Shown here: in pieces, positions 1 to 11,112 of the stretch
How the letters are laid out: every line of letters starts with the position of its first letter
How positions within the stretch are numbered: the first letter of the stretch is position 1
Source of the DNA: Armatimonadota bacterium
GTDB taxonomy: Bacteria; Armatimonadota; SYMT01
Direction: 5' to 3'
NCBI GenBank assembly: GCA_046292385.1
Contig: JBKBRF010000011.1
Coordinates: forward strand, 1-64,000
Length of the DNA: 64,000 nucleotides
Position numbers and translations under genes: made by a program
Notes under the pieces: generated by a model
What the model saw: only the letters and a program-made list of their open reading frames with translations
Told to the model about the DNA's origin: nothing
The model's database searches: none

Positions 1-18
1 GGCCTGCAGGTAGCGCAT
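1..18 (-). CDS. 5' end of a CDS running off the left edge (MRYLQA...), product unknown
   Basis: ATG at 18 on the minus strand, preceded by an AAGGAGG Shine-Dalgarno (+ strand cctcctt at 25-31); only 6 codons visible. Confidence 0.45.
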
Positions 19-106
19 CCCCGGCCTCCTTCGCGCAAGCGAGCGATGCGGCAAAACCTTCCTGCGCCACCAGCGGCGTAACTTTACAGCGTGTGACACA
101 AGCCAC

Positions 107-183
107 CGCACTCCACAGACTACACCGAGACAGTCTCCCTACCGACGAGAGGGAGTCCCTGCCGGACCGGCCTGTGGAGTGCG
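107..183. repeat. REP-like inverted repeat (CGCACTCCACAG / CTGTGGAGTGCG)
   Basis: 12-bp perfect inverted arms at 107-118 and 172-183; the same unit recurs at 30513-30544. Confidence 0.6.
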
Positions 184-319
184 AATGCTTGCTTTCGCGC
201 CCCGCGTCAGCGGGGCCACGAGCGCGCGCCCCCCGGGTCGTCCACTGGATGCACGTGGCGGCTTTCCTGGGCGCAATGGCACGTCCGCCCCTGAAACCTG
301 ACCCCTGAAACCTGGTCGA

Positions 320-706
320 CTACTTCTGCGCCTTGGTGTCGTTGAACGCCTTGCTGAGCCGGTTGGCCCAGAGCTTCGCGAGCGCGGCGGGCGTCTTCTG
401 CTTCTCCACCTTCGCGTCCTCCGGGGTGACCACGGCGAGGAGGTCGTTGTTCAGCAGCAGCTTTACGTTCTTGCCGGCGGGCTTGGTGGTTACCGCGCCA
501 GCCTTGCCGCCCAGGTACTTGTTGATCGTATCCATCGCCAGGTTGGCACGGGTCTGGGGGTCCTTGCCGAGCGCGGTCACCTTGAAGTAGAAGCAGGTGA
601 CGGAGCCGCAGTCGACCGGCGCCTTAACGGGCGGGGTGTCCTGCGCGGCAAGCGGGGCGGCGGCGAAGAGCATGAGCGAGAAAGCTGCCAGGCACTTGCG
701 GAACAT
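320..706 (-). CDS. Hypothetical secreted protein (128 aa)
   Basis: Signal peptide MFRKCLAAFSLMLFAAAPLAA; GGAGGAG RBS upstream; coding-like codon bias. Confidence 0.75.
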   Translation of the reverse strand: MFRKCLAAFSLMLFAAAPLAAQDTPPVKAPVDCGSVTCFYFKVTALGKDPQTRANLAMDTINKYLGGKAGAVTTKPAGKNVKLLLNNDLLAVVTPEDAKVEKQKTPAALAKLWANRLSKAFNDTKAQK

Positions 707-923
707 CGGGAATCTCCTCCGAAGGGTCTGTGAGGGGGTGAGGTGGAAACACCTCCATCACGATTCTCGGACGACCAGGCATTCGCCGCCACCCCAGACC
801 ATAGAGCGCCGGTTGAGAAACCGTGGTAATCCCTGCACGCGTCCGCTCTGCGGGACCGGAAGGTTCAGCCCGCCGATGCCCGAGGAGTGGGAGAGTGGGA
901 GAGTGGGCGAGGTTAAAACACCT

Positions 924-1007
924 GTTCCAGGTTGCAGGTTGGCAGGTTGCAAGTGAGCCCGCGTGGGCCGGGGTTCGAACCTGCAAACCTGTAAACCTGC
1001 AAACCTG
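924..1007. repeat. Hairpin built from short tandem repeats: (CAGGTTG)n facing (AAACCTG)n
   Basis: gttgcaggttggcaggttgcaag at 931-953 and aacctgcaaacctgtaaacctgcaaacctg at 978-1007; related copies near 19997, 23208, 43967. Confidence 0.7.
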
Positions 1008-1020
1008 TCTGCCGCGGACG

Positions 1021-1788
1021 TTATCCGAGGTAGGCGCCGCCGTTGATGTTGATCGTCTGGCCGGTGATGAAGTCGGAGGCCGGGGAGGCGAGCCAGACCA
1101 CCAGCTCCGCGATCTCTTCCGCCGCGGCAAAGCGGCCCAGCGGAGAGCTCTGGACCAGCCGGACTCGCTGCTCGTCCGAGAAGGCGCCGAGCATCTCCGT
1201 CTCCACGCCGGCAGGGGCGACGGCGTTGCAGCGGACGCCGTGCGGCGCCAGGTGTCGGGCGACGGAGCGGGTGAGACTGATGACGGCCGACTTCGCCGCG
1301 GCGTAGTGCGCGCCGGCGACCACGCCGCCAACCTGCCCCGCCATGCTGGAGAAGTTGATGATGCGGCCCCAGCCCTGTCGCTTCATCGGGCCGCAGCATT
1401 CGCGGCAGACCAGGAAGGCGCTGCCGGCGTTGGCGTTCACCACCTGGTCCCACTCGCCCTTGGTGAGCTCTTCGAACGGAGTGGCGCGCACCACTCCGGC
1501 GGCGTTCACCGCGATGTCGAGCCGTCCGTATCGCTCCTGGATCTGCTGGAAGAGCTGCTTCACGTCCGGCTCGATCGTCAGGTCGCCGGCCCAGCAGAGC
1601 GCCTCCGCCTCCCCGAGTTCCGCGCGGGTCCGCTCCAGCGCTTCGGGGCGGAGATCCGCCAGCACCAGCCGCACCCCGAACCCGGCGAAGCGGCGCGCGA
1701 CCGCCGCCCCGATGCCGCCGCCGGCGCCGGTGACGAGTGCCACGCGGCCGGCGAGCGACCCCGGCTCGAACGGAGCGAAGCCGCTCAC
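1021..1788 (-). CDS. Short-chain dehydrogenase/reductase (FabG-like SDR)
   Basis: TGAGGGIG Rossmann motif, NAAG, YAAAK catalytic motif, C-terminal GQTININGG; GTG start overlaps the upstream stop (GTGA). Confidence 0.92.
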   Translation of the reverse strand: MSGFAPFEPGSLAGRVALVTGAGGGIGAAVARRFAGFGVRLVLADLRPEALERTRAELGEAEALCWAGDLTIEPDVKQLFQQIQERYGRLDIAVNAAGVVRATPFEELTKGEWDQVVNANAGSAFLVCRECCGPMKRQGWGRIINFSSMAGQVGGVVAGAHYAAAKSAVISLTRSVARHLAPHGVRCNAVAPAGVETEMLGAFSDEQRVRLVQSSPLGRFAAAEEIAELVVWLASPASDFITGQTININGGAYLG

Positions 1789-2546
1789 GACCAGTCCTCC
1801 GCCCAGCGCGTACCCTCGTCGGCCAGGCACTCCACGGCCGCGGCGACTCTCTCGACCACCGCCGCGAGCATCGCCTCACCCTGCTGCGCGGTCGCCAGGC
1901 TGGGGTAGCCGACCACGCCCCGCCGGGTCTTCCCCTGCATGTTGGTCGGCACGTAGGCGCCGCCGATCCGGGGACTCGTCTTCAGGTCGCAGTCCTCCGC
2001 CTGGTCCATCCGCACCAGGTCCGGCCGCACCGCCAGCATCATCGCGGTCTCCGCCTCGCAGGCATGCCCCACCGACTTGCGCGGCCCGGTGAGGTGCTCC
2101 GCGATCTCCCGGTCGGCGATTTCCCAGTAGCTGGCGCCGACCAGCTCCGCCTCCGGGAACATCTCATGCAGGCGGCGGAGCGCCAGGTGGTAGGTATCGA
2201 TGTTGCCGCCATGGCCGTTCAGGATGAACAGCTTCTGCCAGCCGCCCTCCAGGTACTGGGCGAGCGGGTGGACCATCAGGTCGACGTGCTGGTCCAGGTC
2301 GGCGGTCAGCGTTCCGAAGAACGGCAGGTGGTGCGCCGAGGCGCCGAGCCACTGCGTCGGCAGCAGCAGCACGCGGTCCGGCAGCGCCCGCTCCACTCCC
2401 TCCGCCACCGCGGTGCAGAGCAGCGTGTCGACAAAGAACGGCAGGTGCGGGCCGTGCTGCTCACACGCGGCGTACGGGGCGAGCAGCACCGTCCGCTCCC
2501 GATCTACGGCGGCCATCTCCGGCCAGGTCATCTCCGCCAGCTTCAT
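1785..2546 (-). CDS. Creatininase family amidohydrolase
   Basis: EQHGPHLP..D, LNGHGGN and HACEAET motifs. Confidence 0.92.
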   Translation of the reverse strand: MKLAEMTWPEMAAVDRERTVLLAPYAACEQHGPHLPFFVDTLLCTAVAEGVERALPDRVLLLPTQWLGASAHHLPFFGTLTADLDQHVDLMVHPLAQYLEGGWQKLFILNGHGGNIDTYHLALRRLHEMFPEAELVGASYWEIADREIAEHLTGPRKSVGHACEAETAMMLAVRPDLVRMDQAEDCDLKTSPRIGGAYVPTNMQGKTRRGVVGYPSLATAQQGEAMLAAVVERVAAAVECLADEGTRWAEDWS

Positions 2547-2744
2547 TCAGGCTCTCCCCGCCGCACGGTTCTGGCGGCGCTCCCCGGATGGTTCGGCCCG
2601 GGAGAGGCAGAGTTCCTGCGTCGACGGTCACCGGGCTGCCAACGGTCAAGGATGGCGTAGTTTGGTAGGGATGTCGTATACTGACTCCGCACGAGCTTCG
2701 GTCGAGGAGGCGTCTCCTCGCCGACCCGACGAGAGGCCCCGCCC

Positions 2745-3140
2745 ATGTTTCTGCACATCCTGAACGACCAACAGCAGAAAGCGTTCCTGGCCGTCGCCAC
2801 GCAGTTCATCGAGGCCGACACCCACCTGGCCGACGCAGAGCAGAACCTGCTGGAGCTGATGTACGCAGAGACCGGGCTGCCGTTCGAGACGGAGCTGCCC
2901 TCCGGCAGCGTGGGCGACCTGCTCGAGCCGTTCGATACGAAACAGGCGCGGGCGGCAGTGCTGCTGGAGCTGATCGGCGTGGGCCACGCGGACGACGACT
3001 TCCACCCGGAGGAGAGCCGCTTCGTACACGACGTCGCCGAGCGCCTCGGCTTCAGCGACGCAGACGTGCACGCCATGGAAGGCTGGATCCAGCGCCAGCT
3101 CCAGCTCGCCAAAGACGTGGAGCAGTTCTGGGCGGAGTAA
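2745..3140 (+). CDS. TerB-like (tellurite-resistance fold) protein
   Basis: MFL..L...QQKAFL start; two AD...E repeats (ADTHLADAE, ADDDFHPEE) typical of the TerB fold. Confidence 0.7.
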   Translation: MFLHILNDQQQKAFLAVATQFIEADTHLADAEQNLLELMYAETGLPFETELPSGSVGDLLEPFDTKQARAAVLLELIGVGHADDDFHPEESRFVHDVAERLGFSDADVHAMEGWIQRQLQLAKDVEQFWAE

Positions 3141-3171
3141 CCGTCCTCAGCACCACGGGAAGAACTATGCG

Positions 3172-3197
3172 GGCCGGGGCGATGCCCCGGCCCTCTT
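3172..3197 (+). terminator. Probable intrinsic terminator hairpin
   Basis: ggccggggc-gat-gccccggcc followed by ctctt, just downstream of the TerB-like gene. Confidence 0.5.
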
Positions 3198-3388
3198 GCA
3201 TCTACCCGCCCGCCCCGGCACGGCTGCAAGCGAAGGCGGAGTTACTGCAACCAGTGATCCGGCACCGGCGGGGCTCTAGCGGCGATGAGAACTCTGCGGT
3301 GAAAGTGCGCTCCAGGCCAGGCACGGGATACCGTGTCCTCCCGGATCGGACCCAGCCCTGCGTCTACCCCGCTCCGCCTCCCGTTTTG

Positions 3389-3547
3389 GTCATCCTGAAC
3401 GAATGTGAAGGATCTACGTGACTCGGCATCGCGGGGGAAGGAAGAGCCTTCCGTTCGGGAGATCCCCGGGAGCGCCGGTCCGCGTCACCCGCATGCGTGC
3501 TCCGAACCAGGACGGCTGCCGAGATTCTTCACTGCGTTCAGAATGAC
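3389..3547. repeat. REP-like inverted pair GTCATCCTGAAC..GAAGGATCT / AGATTCTTC..TTCAGAATGAC
   Basis: Imperfect 26-27 bp inverted arms at 3389-3415 and 3522-3547; another arm near 37116. Confidence 0.65.
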
Positions 3548-3630
3548 GAATTCGGGGAGCGGTGCCTCCACCGAGAGAGCTGGCGGAAGCAGTCTGCCGG
3601 CGCTCCTCGTACCCGTCCTGCCTACCAGGC

Positions 3631-6336
3631 TCACCGCACCGTCACGAAGTCGTTGTGGTTGAGGAGCACCAGCGCCAGGTTTTCCCGGGCGCGCAGCTTC
3701 GGATCCTGGGACGGCTTCGAGAGGTCGTCCGAGACCGCGCCGGTCAGCTTTCCGCGGAGTAGCTGTTCCTGCTCCGCGAGGAAGCGGACGCACTCCCGGA
3801 GCTCCTCCGTCGTGGCCGGCCGGGCCAGCACGCGCTCGAAGAGCCCTCGAGTGAAGGCGTCTGGCGAGTCGCCGGAGCTCTTCAGCAGCAGCCGCGCCAG
3901 GTGGCGGGACTGGACCAGCGCGACCTCACTGTTGGCGAGCGCCAGCGCCTGCTGCGGGACGATCGTCTCCTTCCGACGGTAGCACTCCACCGGGTTCGGC
4001 CCGTCGAAGAGGGCGGTGAAGACCATCTCCTTTTCCGGCGCGTGCCGGAAGTAGAGCGTCCGCCGCTTCACCTTCATCCCCTGGTGCTGATCGATCTCGG
4101 GCCCGCCGAGGGTCGCGTCGAGCTGCCCGGAGACGTAGAGCACGTTATCCCGCACCAGCTCCGCGTCGAGACGGCGGCTGTTCATCCGCCAGAGGTAGAG
4201 GTTGTCCGGGTCTTTCTTCAGGTTCGCGGCGTGGGGTGTCGACGCCATCCGGTAGGCGCTGCTCGTCACGATCAGCCGGTGGATCGGCTTCATGCGCCAG
4301 CCCTTCGCCATCAGCTCCGAGGCGAGCCAATCGAGGAGCTGCGGATGGACCGGAGGCACGCCGCCGCGCCCGAAGTTCTCCACGGAGGGCAGCAGCGCCT
4401 CGCCGAAGTGCCGGAACCAGATCTGGTTGACGGCTACGCGCGCGGTCAGCGGGTTCTCCGGCGTGGCGACCCACCGCGCCAGCGCGGTGCGGCGGCCGGT
4501 GCTGGTGGCGGGGAAGTTGGAATCGAGGCGCGGCTTGTAGTTGACGTGCAGCGGCTTCCCGAGCGCGGCGCGGGCGCCCTCCAGCGTCTCCGCCGCGCGG
4601 GCCAGCATCTCCTCACCCTGCTTCAGCTTGTCCGGCGCGGTCTTGCCGCTGCGCTTCACCGCTTCCATCAGGCGGCTCTGCTCCAGATGCCGCACGGAGG
4701 CATCCGCCGCCGCCTGCTCTCGCTGCCGCCGCACCGTCTCCCGCGCCGCCGCCTCCCACTCCGGGCTCCCCTTCTTACCGGCGTCTTCCAGCACTTCCAC
4801 CTGCAGCACCGCTTCCAGCGCGGAGCGGCCGGCCTCCGCGGCGTCAAGCTTCAGCCGGGCGAGCTCCGACTCCTCGGGGCTCTCGCAGCCCTCCAGCGCC
4901 TTGCGGGCGGTCGCCACCTTCGCGGCGGCGTCTTCGCGCAGCGCGGCGATCACGTGCGGCTGCTTCTCCGGGTACCGGGCGAGGAGCGGAAGCTCGACCG
5001 GACGGATCTCAAAGCGACCGCCGAGTGCCTCCGGCACTCCCGGCTGCAGCGGCTCGTCCTTCAGCGGGTGGCGCTCGTCGCCGCGGACGTAGAAGTAAGT
5101 CTTCGCTTCCAGGTTCGCGTCGTAGGCGCGCGGCAGGCCGTCCTTCGCGCGGTCGAGCTGGCCGGGGACCCAGTCCGCCCGCACCTGGTGCGGCTCGAAG
5201 ATCGCCCGCAGCCGGTAGTAGTCTTTCTGGCTGATCGGGTCGTGCATGTGGTCGTGGCAGCGCGCGCAGCCGACCGTCAGCCCGAGGAACGCCTGGCCGG
5301 TGTGATCGACCACGTCCTGCATCCACTTTTCGCGGCTCAGCAGCTTGAAGTTGCGCGCCAGGTAGCCGGTGGCGCGGAGTGCGTCGGTGTCGAGCGGCGC
5401 GACTTCGTCGGCGGCGAGCATCTCCACGATCATGCGGTCGTACGGCTTGTCCGCGTTGAGCGAGTCGATGATCCAGTCGCGCCAGCGCCAGATATGCGGC
5501 TGGCTGTCCCGCACCTGCTCGCCCCAGCCGGTCCAGTCGCTGTAGCGCCACACATCCATCCAGTGACGCCCCCAGCGCTCCCCGTAGTGCGGCGAGGCGA
5601 GGAGACGATCGACCAGCTTGTCGTAGGCGTGGGGGGAGTGGTCCGCCAGGAAGGCGCGCTGCTCTTCCGGCGTCGGCGAGAGCCCGATCAGGTCGAGGTA
5701 GACGCGCCGCAGCAGCGTGAGCTTCGCCGCCTCCGGCCGCGCTTCCAGCCCCCGCTGCTCCCGCTCCGACTGCAGGAAGAAGTCGATCGGGTTCCGCAGC
5801 CCCGCCTTCCGGGCGACCTTCGGCACGGACGGCCGGCTCACCGGCTCGAACGGGCGCCAGCGGTAGGCACTCTGGTACTCGATCAGCTTCCGCTGCGCCA
5901 GCCGGGCGGCGCGCAGCTCTGCCGCGGTGGGGCGGTCCTGGGCGTCGCCGGGACGGCGTCCGGCCAGGATCTCTGTCTGGTTGGCGGCTCCGTCGCCGTC
6001 GCTGTCCTCCCCGGCCGCACGCCGGAGCCGGGTGGCGATGTCGGCGCGCTTCCCTTCCTTCTGCAGCTCCTCCGCCGCGGCGGCGAGCCGCTTGCCAAAG
6101 GCGTTGTGGGGGAAATCGGCCAGGCTCTCCGGCGCCTTGCCGGTGGCCTTGCTCGGGTCATGGCAGGTAGCGCAGCTAGCCAATCCACCCGCGAGGGTGG
6201 GGCCGTAGTGGTCCTCCAGCGCCTTCAGGTGGGCCGGCTTGGCGGAGGCCGGCGCCGAGAGCGCCAGGTAGAGCGGCACGCCGAGCAGCGTCCCGAGCGC
6301 CGCGAAGCCGGTCAGTCGTCGTCCTGGTGCGCGCAT
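3631..6336 (-). CDS. DUF1549/DUF1553 (PSD1-type) protein with an N-terminal c-type haem motif
   Basis: NPIDFF, LLRRVYLDLIGLSPT, YGERWGRHWMDVWRY, CARCHDH, NPLTARVAVNQIW, PQQALALAN, LLNHNDF; N-terminal signal/TM and CATCH. An alternative start is at 6384. Confidence 0.9.
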   Translation of the reverse strand: MRAPGRRLTGFAALGTLLGVPLYLALSAPASAKPAHLKALEDHYGPTLAGGLASCATCHDPSKATGKAPESLADFPHNAFGKRLAAAAEELQKEGKRADIATRLRRAAGEDSDGDGAANQTEILAGRRPGDAQDRPTAAELRAARLAQRKLIEYQSAYRWRPFEPVSRPSVPKVARKAGLRNPIDFFLQSEREQRGLEARPEAAKLTLLRRVYLDLIGLSPTPEEQRAFLADHSPHAYDKLVDRLLASPHYGERWGRHWMDVWRYSDWTGWGEQVRDSQPHIWRWRDWIIDSLNADKPYDRMIVEMLAADEVAPLDTDALRATGYLARNFKLLSREKWMQDVVDHTGQAFLGLTVGCARCHDHMHDPISQKDYYRLRAIFEPHQVRADWVPGQLDRAKDGLPRAYDANLEAKTYFYVRGDERHPLKDEPLQPGVPEALGGRFEIRPVELPLLARYPEKQPHVIAALREDAAAKVATARKALEGCESPEESELARLKLDAAEAGRSALEAVLQVEVLEDAGKKGSPEWEAAARETVRRQREQAAADASVRHLEQSRLMEAVKRSGKTAPDKLKQGEEMLARAAETLEGARAALGKPLHVNYKPRLDSNFPATSTGRRTALARWVATPENPLTARVAVNQIWFRHFGEALLPSVENFGRGGVPPVHPQLLDWLASELMAKGWRMKPIHRLIVTSSAYRMASTPHAANLKKDPDNLYLWRMNSRRLDAELVRDNVLYVSGQLDATLGGPEIDQHQGMKVKRRTLYFRHAPEKEMVFTALFDGPNPVECYRRKETIVPQQALALANSEVALVQSRHLARLLLKSSGDSPDAFTRGLFERVLARPATTEELRECVRFLAEQEQLLRGKLTGAVSDDLSKPSQDPKLRARENLALVLLNHNDFVTVR

Positions 6337-6425
6337 CGTCTCCCCCACCCTGGCCCGAGAGATGCGGGCCGCCTCTGCGTCCATTTGTCACGCGGAGAGG
6401 CCGGGGGTTTCAGGCGGAAGGGCTT

Positions 6426-6628
6426 TCCGAACGAACGCGAAGGCGCGAAGGGAAGGAAGTACGCGAAGGGGACCGGGTGCTCGCCCGCGCGCGAGTGAAC
6501 TCGGCGCTACATAAAGCAAAGCCCGCCTGCGCGGGCTCAGCACCCCATCTGCCCCGAGCCGCTGCCGGTTCGTACAGATTCCCTTTCGCGTCCTTCGCGA
6601 GAACTTCGCGCCTTCGCGTTCGTTCGGA
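6426..6628. repeat. Long inverted repeat enclosing a second REP palindrome
   Basis: 25-bp perfect arms at 6426-6450 and 6604-6628; internal gcaaagcccgcctgcgcgggctcag at 6516-6540. Confidence 0.75.
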
Positions 6629-6631
6629 CGG

Positions 6632-7413
6632 CTACCCGCGACCCTTCAGCTCCTGGACGAAGCGCCCCACCGGCTCCACCGCGCTGCGGCCTTCGCGGGC
6701 GATGAGGTTCACGACGGCGCTGCCGACTACCGCGGCGTCGCACCATTCGCCGAGCTGGCGGACGTGCTCCGGCGTGCTGACCCCGAAGCCGACGGCGACC
6801 GGCTGGTCGGTGTGGGCGCGGATGCGGTCGAGGAGCTCGTGCAGGTCTTCCGGCAGCTCCGTGCGGGCGCCGGTAACCCCGGTGCGGGAGACGCAGTAAA
6901 TGAAGCCGCTCGCCGACTCCGCCGCAATGCGGATCCGCTCTTCCGTGCTGGTGGGTGCCAGCAGGAAGATCGTGTCGAGGCCTGCTTCACCCGCGACCTG
7001 CTTCCATTCCGCGGCTTCTTCCGGCGGGAGGTCGGTGATCAGCATGCCGTCGATCCCGGCCTCCTTCGCCGCCCGCGCCACTTCCGCCTGGTTCGCGCGG
7101 AAGATCGGGTTGTAGTAGGTCATCAGCAGGATCGGGATCTGCGTCTCCGTGCGGAGGTCCCGCACCAGGCCGAGGATGTCGCCCAGCGTGGTGCCGGCCG
7201 CGAGGGCGCGCTCGTTGGCGGCCTGGATGCTCGGCCCGTCCGCCAGCGGATCGGTAAACGGCACCCCCAGCTCGATTGCGTCGGCGCCGGCCCGCTCCAT
7301 CTCCAGGATGAGGGCGCGGGTCGTCTCCAGGTCCGGGTCGCCCGCCATGATGTAGATGACGAGGCCCGTCTCGCCCCGGGCGCGCAGCTCTGCAAAGCGC
7401 TTGCTGATCCGGC

Positions 7414-7417
<4 letters not shown>
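6632..7417 (-). CDS. trpA: Tryptophan synthase alpha chain
   Basis: [33 protein letters not shown] motifs; ATGA overlap with the trpB stop. Confidence 0.97.
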
Positions 7418-8658
<1,241 letters not shown>

Positions 8659-8675
8659 CGGCTCCCCCTCTCCGC

Positions 8676-9461
8676 TCACTTCCCGGCCTGCGGCTCCGCC
8701 GGCCGGACCTCGAACTCGATCGCGGCTTCCCGGCCGCGGCGGCGGACCCGCAGCGAGACCGCGTCGGCCGGCAGGTACGCCTCGTCGTAAACCAGCGGCC
8801 GCCCCGCCGCGTCGAGCGTGACCCGCTCCGAAAGCCAGGCCCCGCCTCCCGCCGGCCGCTGCAGCCGTCCCGCCGCCTCGGGTGGGAGCGCCGCCACCGT
8901 CAACCGCTCCTCCGCGGAGACCGGGATACGACCGGTCGCCTCGCGCAGCCGCACGTAGAGCGAGGCGTCCGGGGTCATTCCCTGCACCACCGCCGCCAGC
9001 TCTCCCGGCAGGTAAGACGTCTGCACCGCCATCGGCCGCCCCTCGGCAGACCGCAGCCGCACCACCGCCGCCAGCAGTGCCTTCGCCTCCAACCCCAGCG
9101 CCTCCGCGGCCCGTGGGTGGCGAACCTCTGTGCGCCGCTCGCACACCTCGGTCGCGGTGGCGAGCGCTTGCTCCGCCATCTGCGACGAAAAGCTGGGGAG
9201 CTGCAGCTCGAATTGCTCGTGCCAGGCGGTCACGAAGGTTCCGACGCCGTGCTCCACCCGCAGCAGCCCCTCCTCCTCCAGTGACCGGAGCGCCCGCCTC
9301 ACCGTGATCGCGGTGGTGCGGTACTCGCGCGCCAGCTCGCTGATCGCCGGGAGCTGCTGCCCCACCCGCAGGCGACCCTCCCGCACCGATCGCCGAAGCT
9401 GGTCCGCGATCCCGGAGAACCCGGAGCGCTGCAATTGGAGGGGCGAAGGAGAAGTAGACAT
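8676..9461 (-). CDS. GntR family regulator, HutC/UTRA subfamily
   Basis: N-terminal winged HTH ([30 protein letters not shown]) and UTRA-like C-terminal domain ([22 protein letters not shown]). Confidence 0.9.
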   Translation of the reverse strand: MSTSPSPLQLQRSGFSGIADQLRRSVREGRLRVGQQLPAISELAREYRTTAITVRRALRSLEEEGLLRVEHGVGTFVTAWHEQFELQLPSFSSQMAEQALATATEVCERRTEVRHPRAAEALGLEAKALLAAVVRLRSAEGRPMAVQTSYLPGELAAVVQGMTPDASLYVRLREATGRIPVSAEERLTVAALPPEAAGRLQRPAGGGAWLSERVTLDAAGRPLVYDEAYLPADAVSLRVRRRGREAAIEFEVRPAEPQAGK

Positions 9462-9500
9462 CTACATGTCGACTCTAGCGCCAGAGGGGCGCGGCGTCAA
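9454..9500 (-). promoter_or_regulatory. Sigma70-type promoter with overlapping palindromic operator for gntR-trpBA
   Basis: TTGACG-N17-TAGAGT on the minus strand (9500-9472); palindromes GTAGA-CA-TCTAC (9454-9465) and GACAT-CTAC-ATGTC (9457-9470) overlap the start codon. Confidence 0.55.
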
Positions 9501-9575
9501 TCTCTCTCCAGAAAAAGCCACGCACCGCCCCGTTTGGGGCGGTGCGGCAACAGTGACCGGAGGTTGGGTCACCCG

Positions 9576-10442
9576 CTAGCGGGTGGCGACTGCCGCTTCG
9601 GCTTCGGCGGCTTCCGCCTCCGCCGCGTTCGGAAGCTGCTCCGGGAAGAAAAGGCCGCGCTGGCGGGCCATAAAACCGGAAAGCCGCTGGATCGCCTGGC
9701 TGTGGAGCTGGTGCGCCCGGCTCTCCGACCGCCCGATGTGCTTGGCGATCTGCTTCAGCGTCCAGCCCTCATAGTAGTAGTAGACGATGACGGTGCGCTC
9801 CTGGGCCGGCAGCCAGGAGATGCAGCGCGCCAGCTGGCTCTTCTGGCTGTCCACGATCGCCAGCACGTGCGGGTCCGGCGCCTTGCTCTTCACCGACTCC
9901 AGCACCACCAGCGGATCCGCATCCTCTCGATCCGAGTCTCCCACCACGTCCTCGAGCGAGACCACCTGCAGGACGTTCGCCTCGTAGTAAAGCTGGTAGA
10001 AAGCGTCGATCGGCATCTCCAGGTGGTTCGCCCGATCGCTGTCGGTCACGTTCTCCACGCCCTTGGCTCGCGCGAGCTCCTCTTCCGCCTTGTTGAGGAG
10101 CTTCTGCTTGGTGCGGACGCTGCGCGGGACCCAGTCTTCACGGCGAAGATACTCCAGCATCGCGCCGCGGATCATCGAGATCGCGTAGGACTCGAACTTG
10201 ACCTTCCGTCCCAGGTCGAAGTGATCCACCGCCTTCACGAGGGCGATGAAGCCTTCCTGATCCAGGTCTTCCGGTGCGATCTTCACCGGTACCGTCGGAA
10301 TGATCCGCTGGCGCGTCTTCGTGATCAGGTAGCGGTAGTGCTCGATGATCCCGTCCCGGGAGCGAGAGCACTTGCGGTGCTTGAAGTTGTGCCAGAGAGA
10401 CTGCAAAGCAGCCTGGAGCTCAGCGGAGGTTCTTCTGGACAT
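9576..10442 (-). CDS. fliA: FliA/WhiG family RNA polymerase sigma factor (sigma-28-like)
   Basis: EDLDQEGFIALVKAVDHFD, KFESYA..IRGAMLEYLRREDWVPRSVR, and region 4 YYYEGWTLKQIA..SESRAHQLHSQAI. Confidence 0.88.
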   Translation of the reverse strand: MSRRTSAELQAALQSLWHNFKHRKCSRSRDGIIEHYRYLITKTRQRIIPTVPVKIAPEDLDQEGFIALVKAVDHFDLGRKVKFESYAISMIRGAMLEYLRREDWVPRSVRTKQKLLNKAEEELARAKGVENVTDSDRANHLEMPIDAFYQLYYEANVLQVVSLEDVVGDSDREDADPLVVLESVKSKAPDPHVLAIVDSQKSQLARCISWLPAQERTVIVYYYYEGWTLKQIAKHIGRSESRAHQLHSQAIQRLSGFMARQRGLFFPEQLPNAAEAEAAEAEAAVATR

Positions 10443-11112
10443 GGCGGAGTGTCCCTCTCGGATGCAGCCAGGATGCGCGGCGGCGCCGCGCCAAGATAGT
10501 TTCTCAGTCCGTTTTCATTGTCCCCACATGCGGCAGGCAGATGCTAAACGCCTGCTTCTGTGAGGTACAAGCAACCGTCATCCACGCCGAACCCGGTCCG
10601 GAGGGTGGGTTGCTCGAGCGCTAGCCCTCTCCAGGCGGCGGGTACACCCGCTAGGGAGGGGGCCGAACGGCGGGCTCTGGAGCCGCACGCAGTACCCGAA
10701 ACCGGCGGCCGAAATCGAATCGGCGCGTGGTGGTTGGTGTGTAGGAACTTCGCTCCGGCTCGATTCAACTCCTGCCACTCCGGCCCATTTTTTCTGCACT
10801 TTTTGCCACCACGCACGCTCCGAATCAGAAGGTACAGATCCACGCTGAACGCTTGGTCGGAGGCCGAACGTACGAGCGTGCGATTGACTGTGCGAGAAGC
10901 AGAAGTGAGGTGGAAGGAGGGCCTGTCTCATGGGGCACCGAGCGACCGAGCCCTCGCCGGCGTGTGGGCCGGGCGTAGGGTGAACCGGATTATTGGCACC
11001 ATTTGCCACCCTCTTGAGAGCCGGATGTACGGCGCCGTGGGAGAGGTGGGGAGACGCAGCGACCAATGAAAAAGAGCGACGATCCATGGGAGATCGCCGC
11101 TCTCTAGATCCA

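Noticed and set aside
1021..2546. Creatininase plus SDR as a mycofactocin-like cluster
   Set aside because: No precursor peptide, PqqD-like chaperone or radical SAM gene nearby; the SDR looks like a classical FabG type.
3275..3310. gatgag...gaaa as a hammerhead ribozyme core
   Set aside because: Lacks the CUGA core and convincing flanking stems.
3901..6498. Long antisense and alternate-frame ORFs (e.g. 3901-6498, 29000-30616, 46235-47647, 49489-50985)
   Set aside because: They shadow well-supported genes, as expected from high GC and codon bias, and show no motifs.
10994..11006. TGGCAC...TTGC as a sigma54 promoter
   Set aside because: GG-to-GC spacing is 8 bp rather than the required 10.
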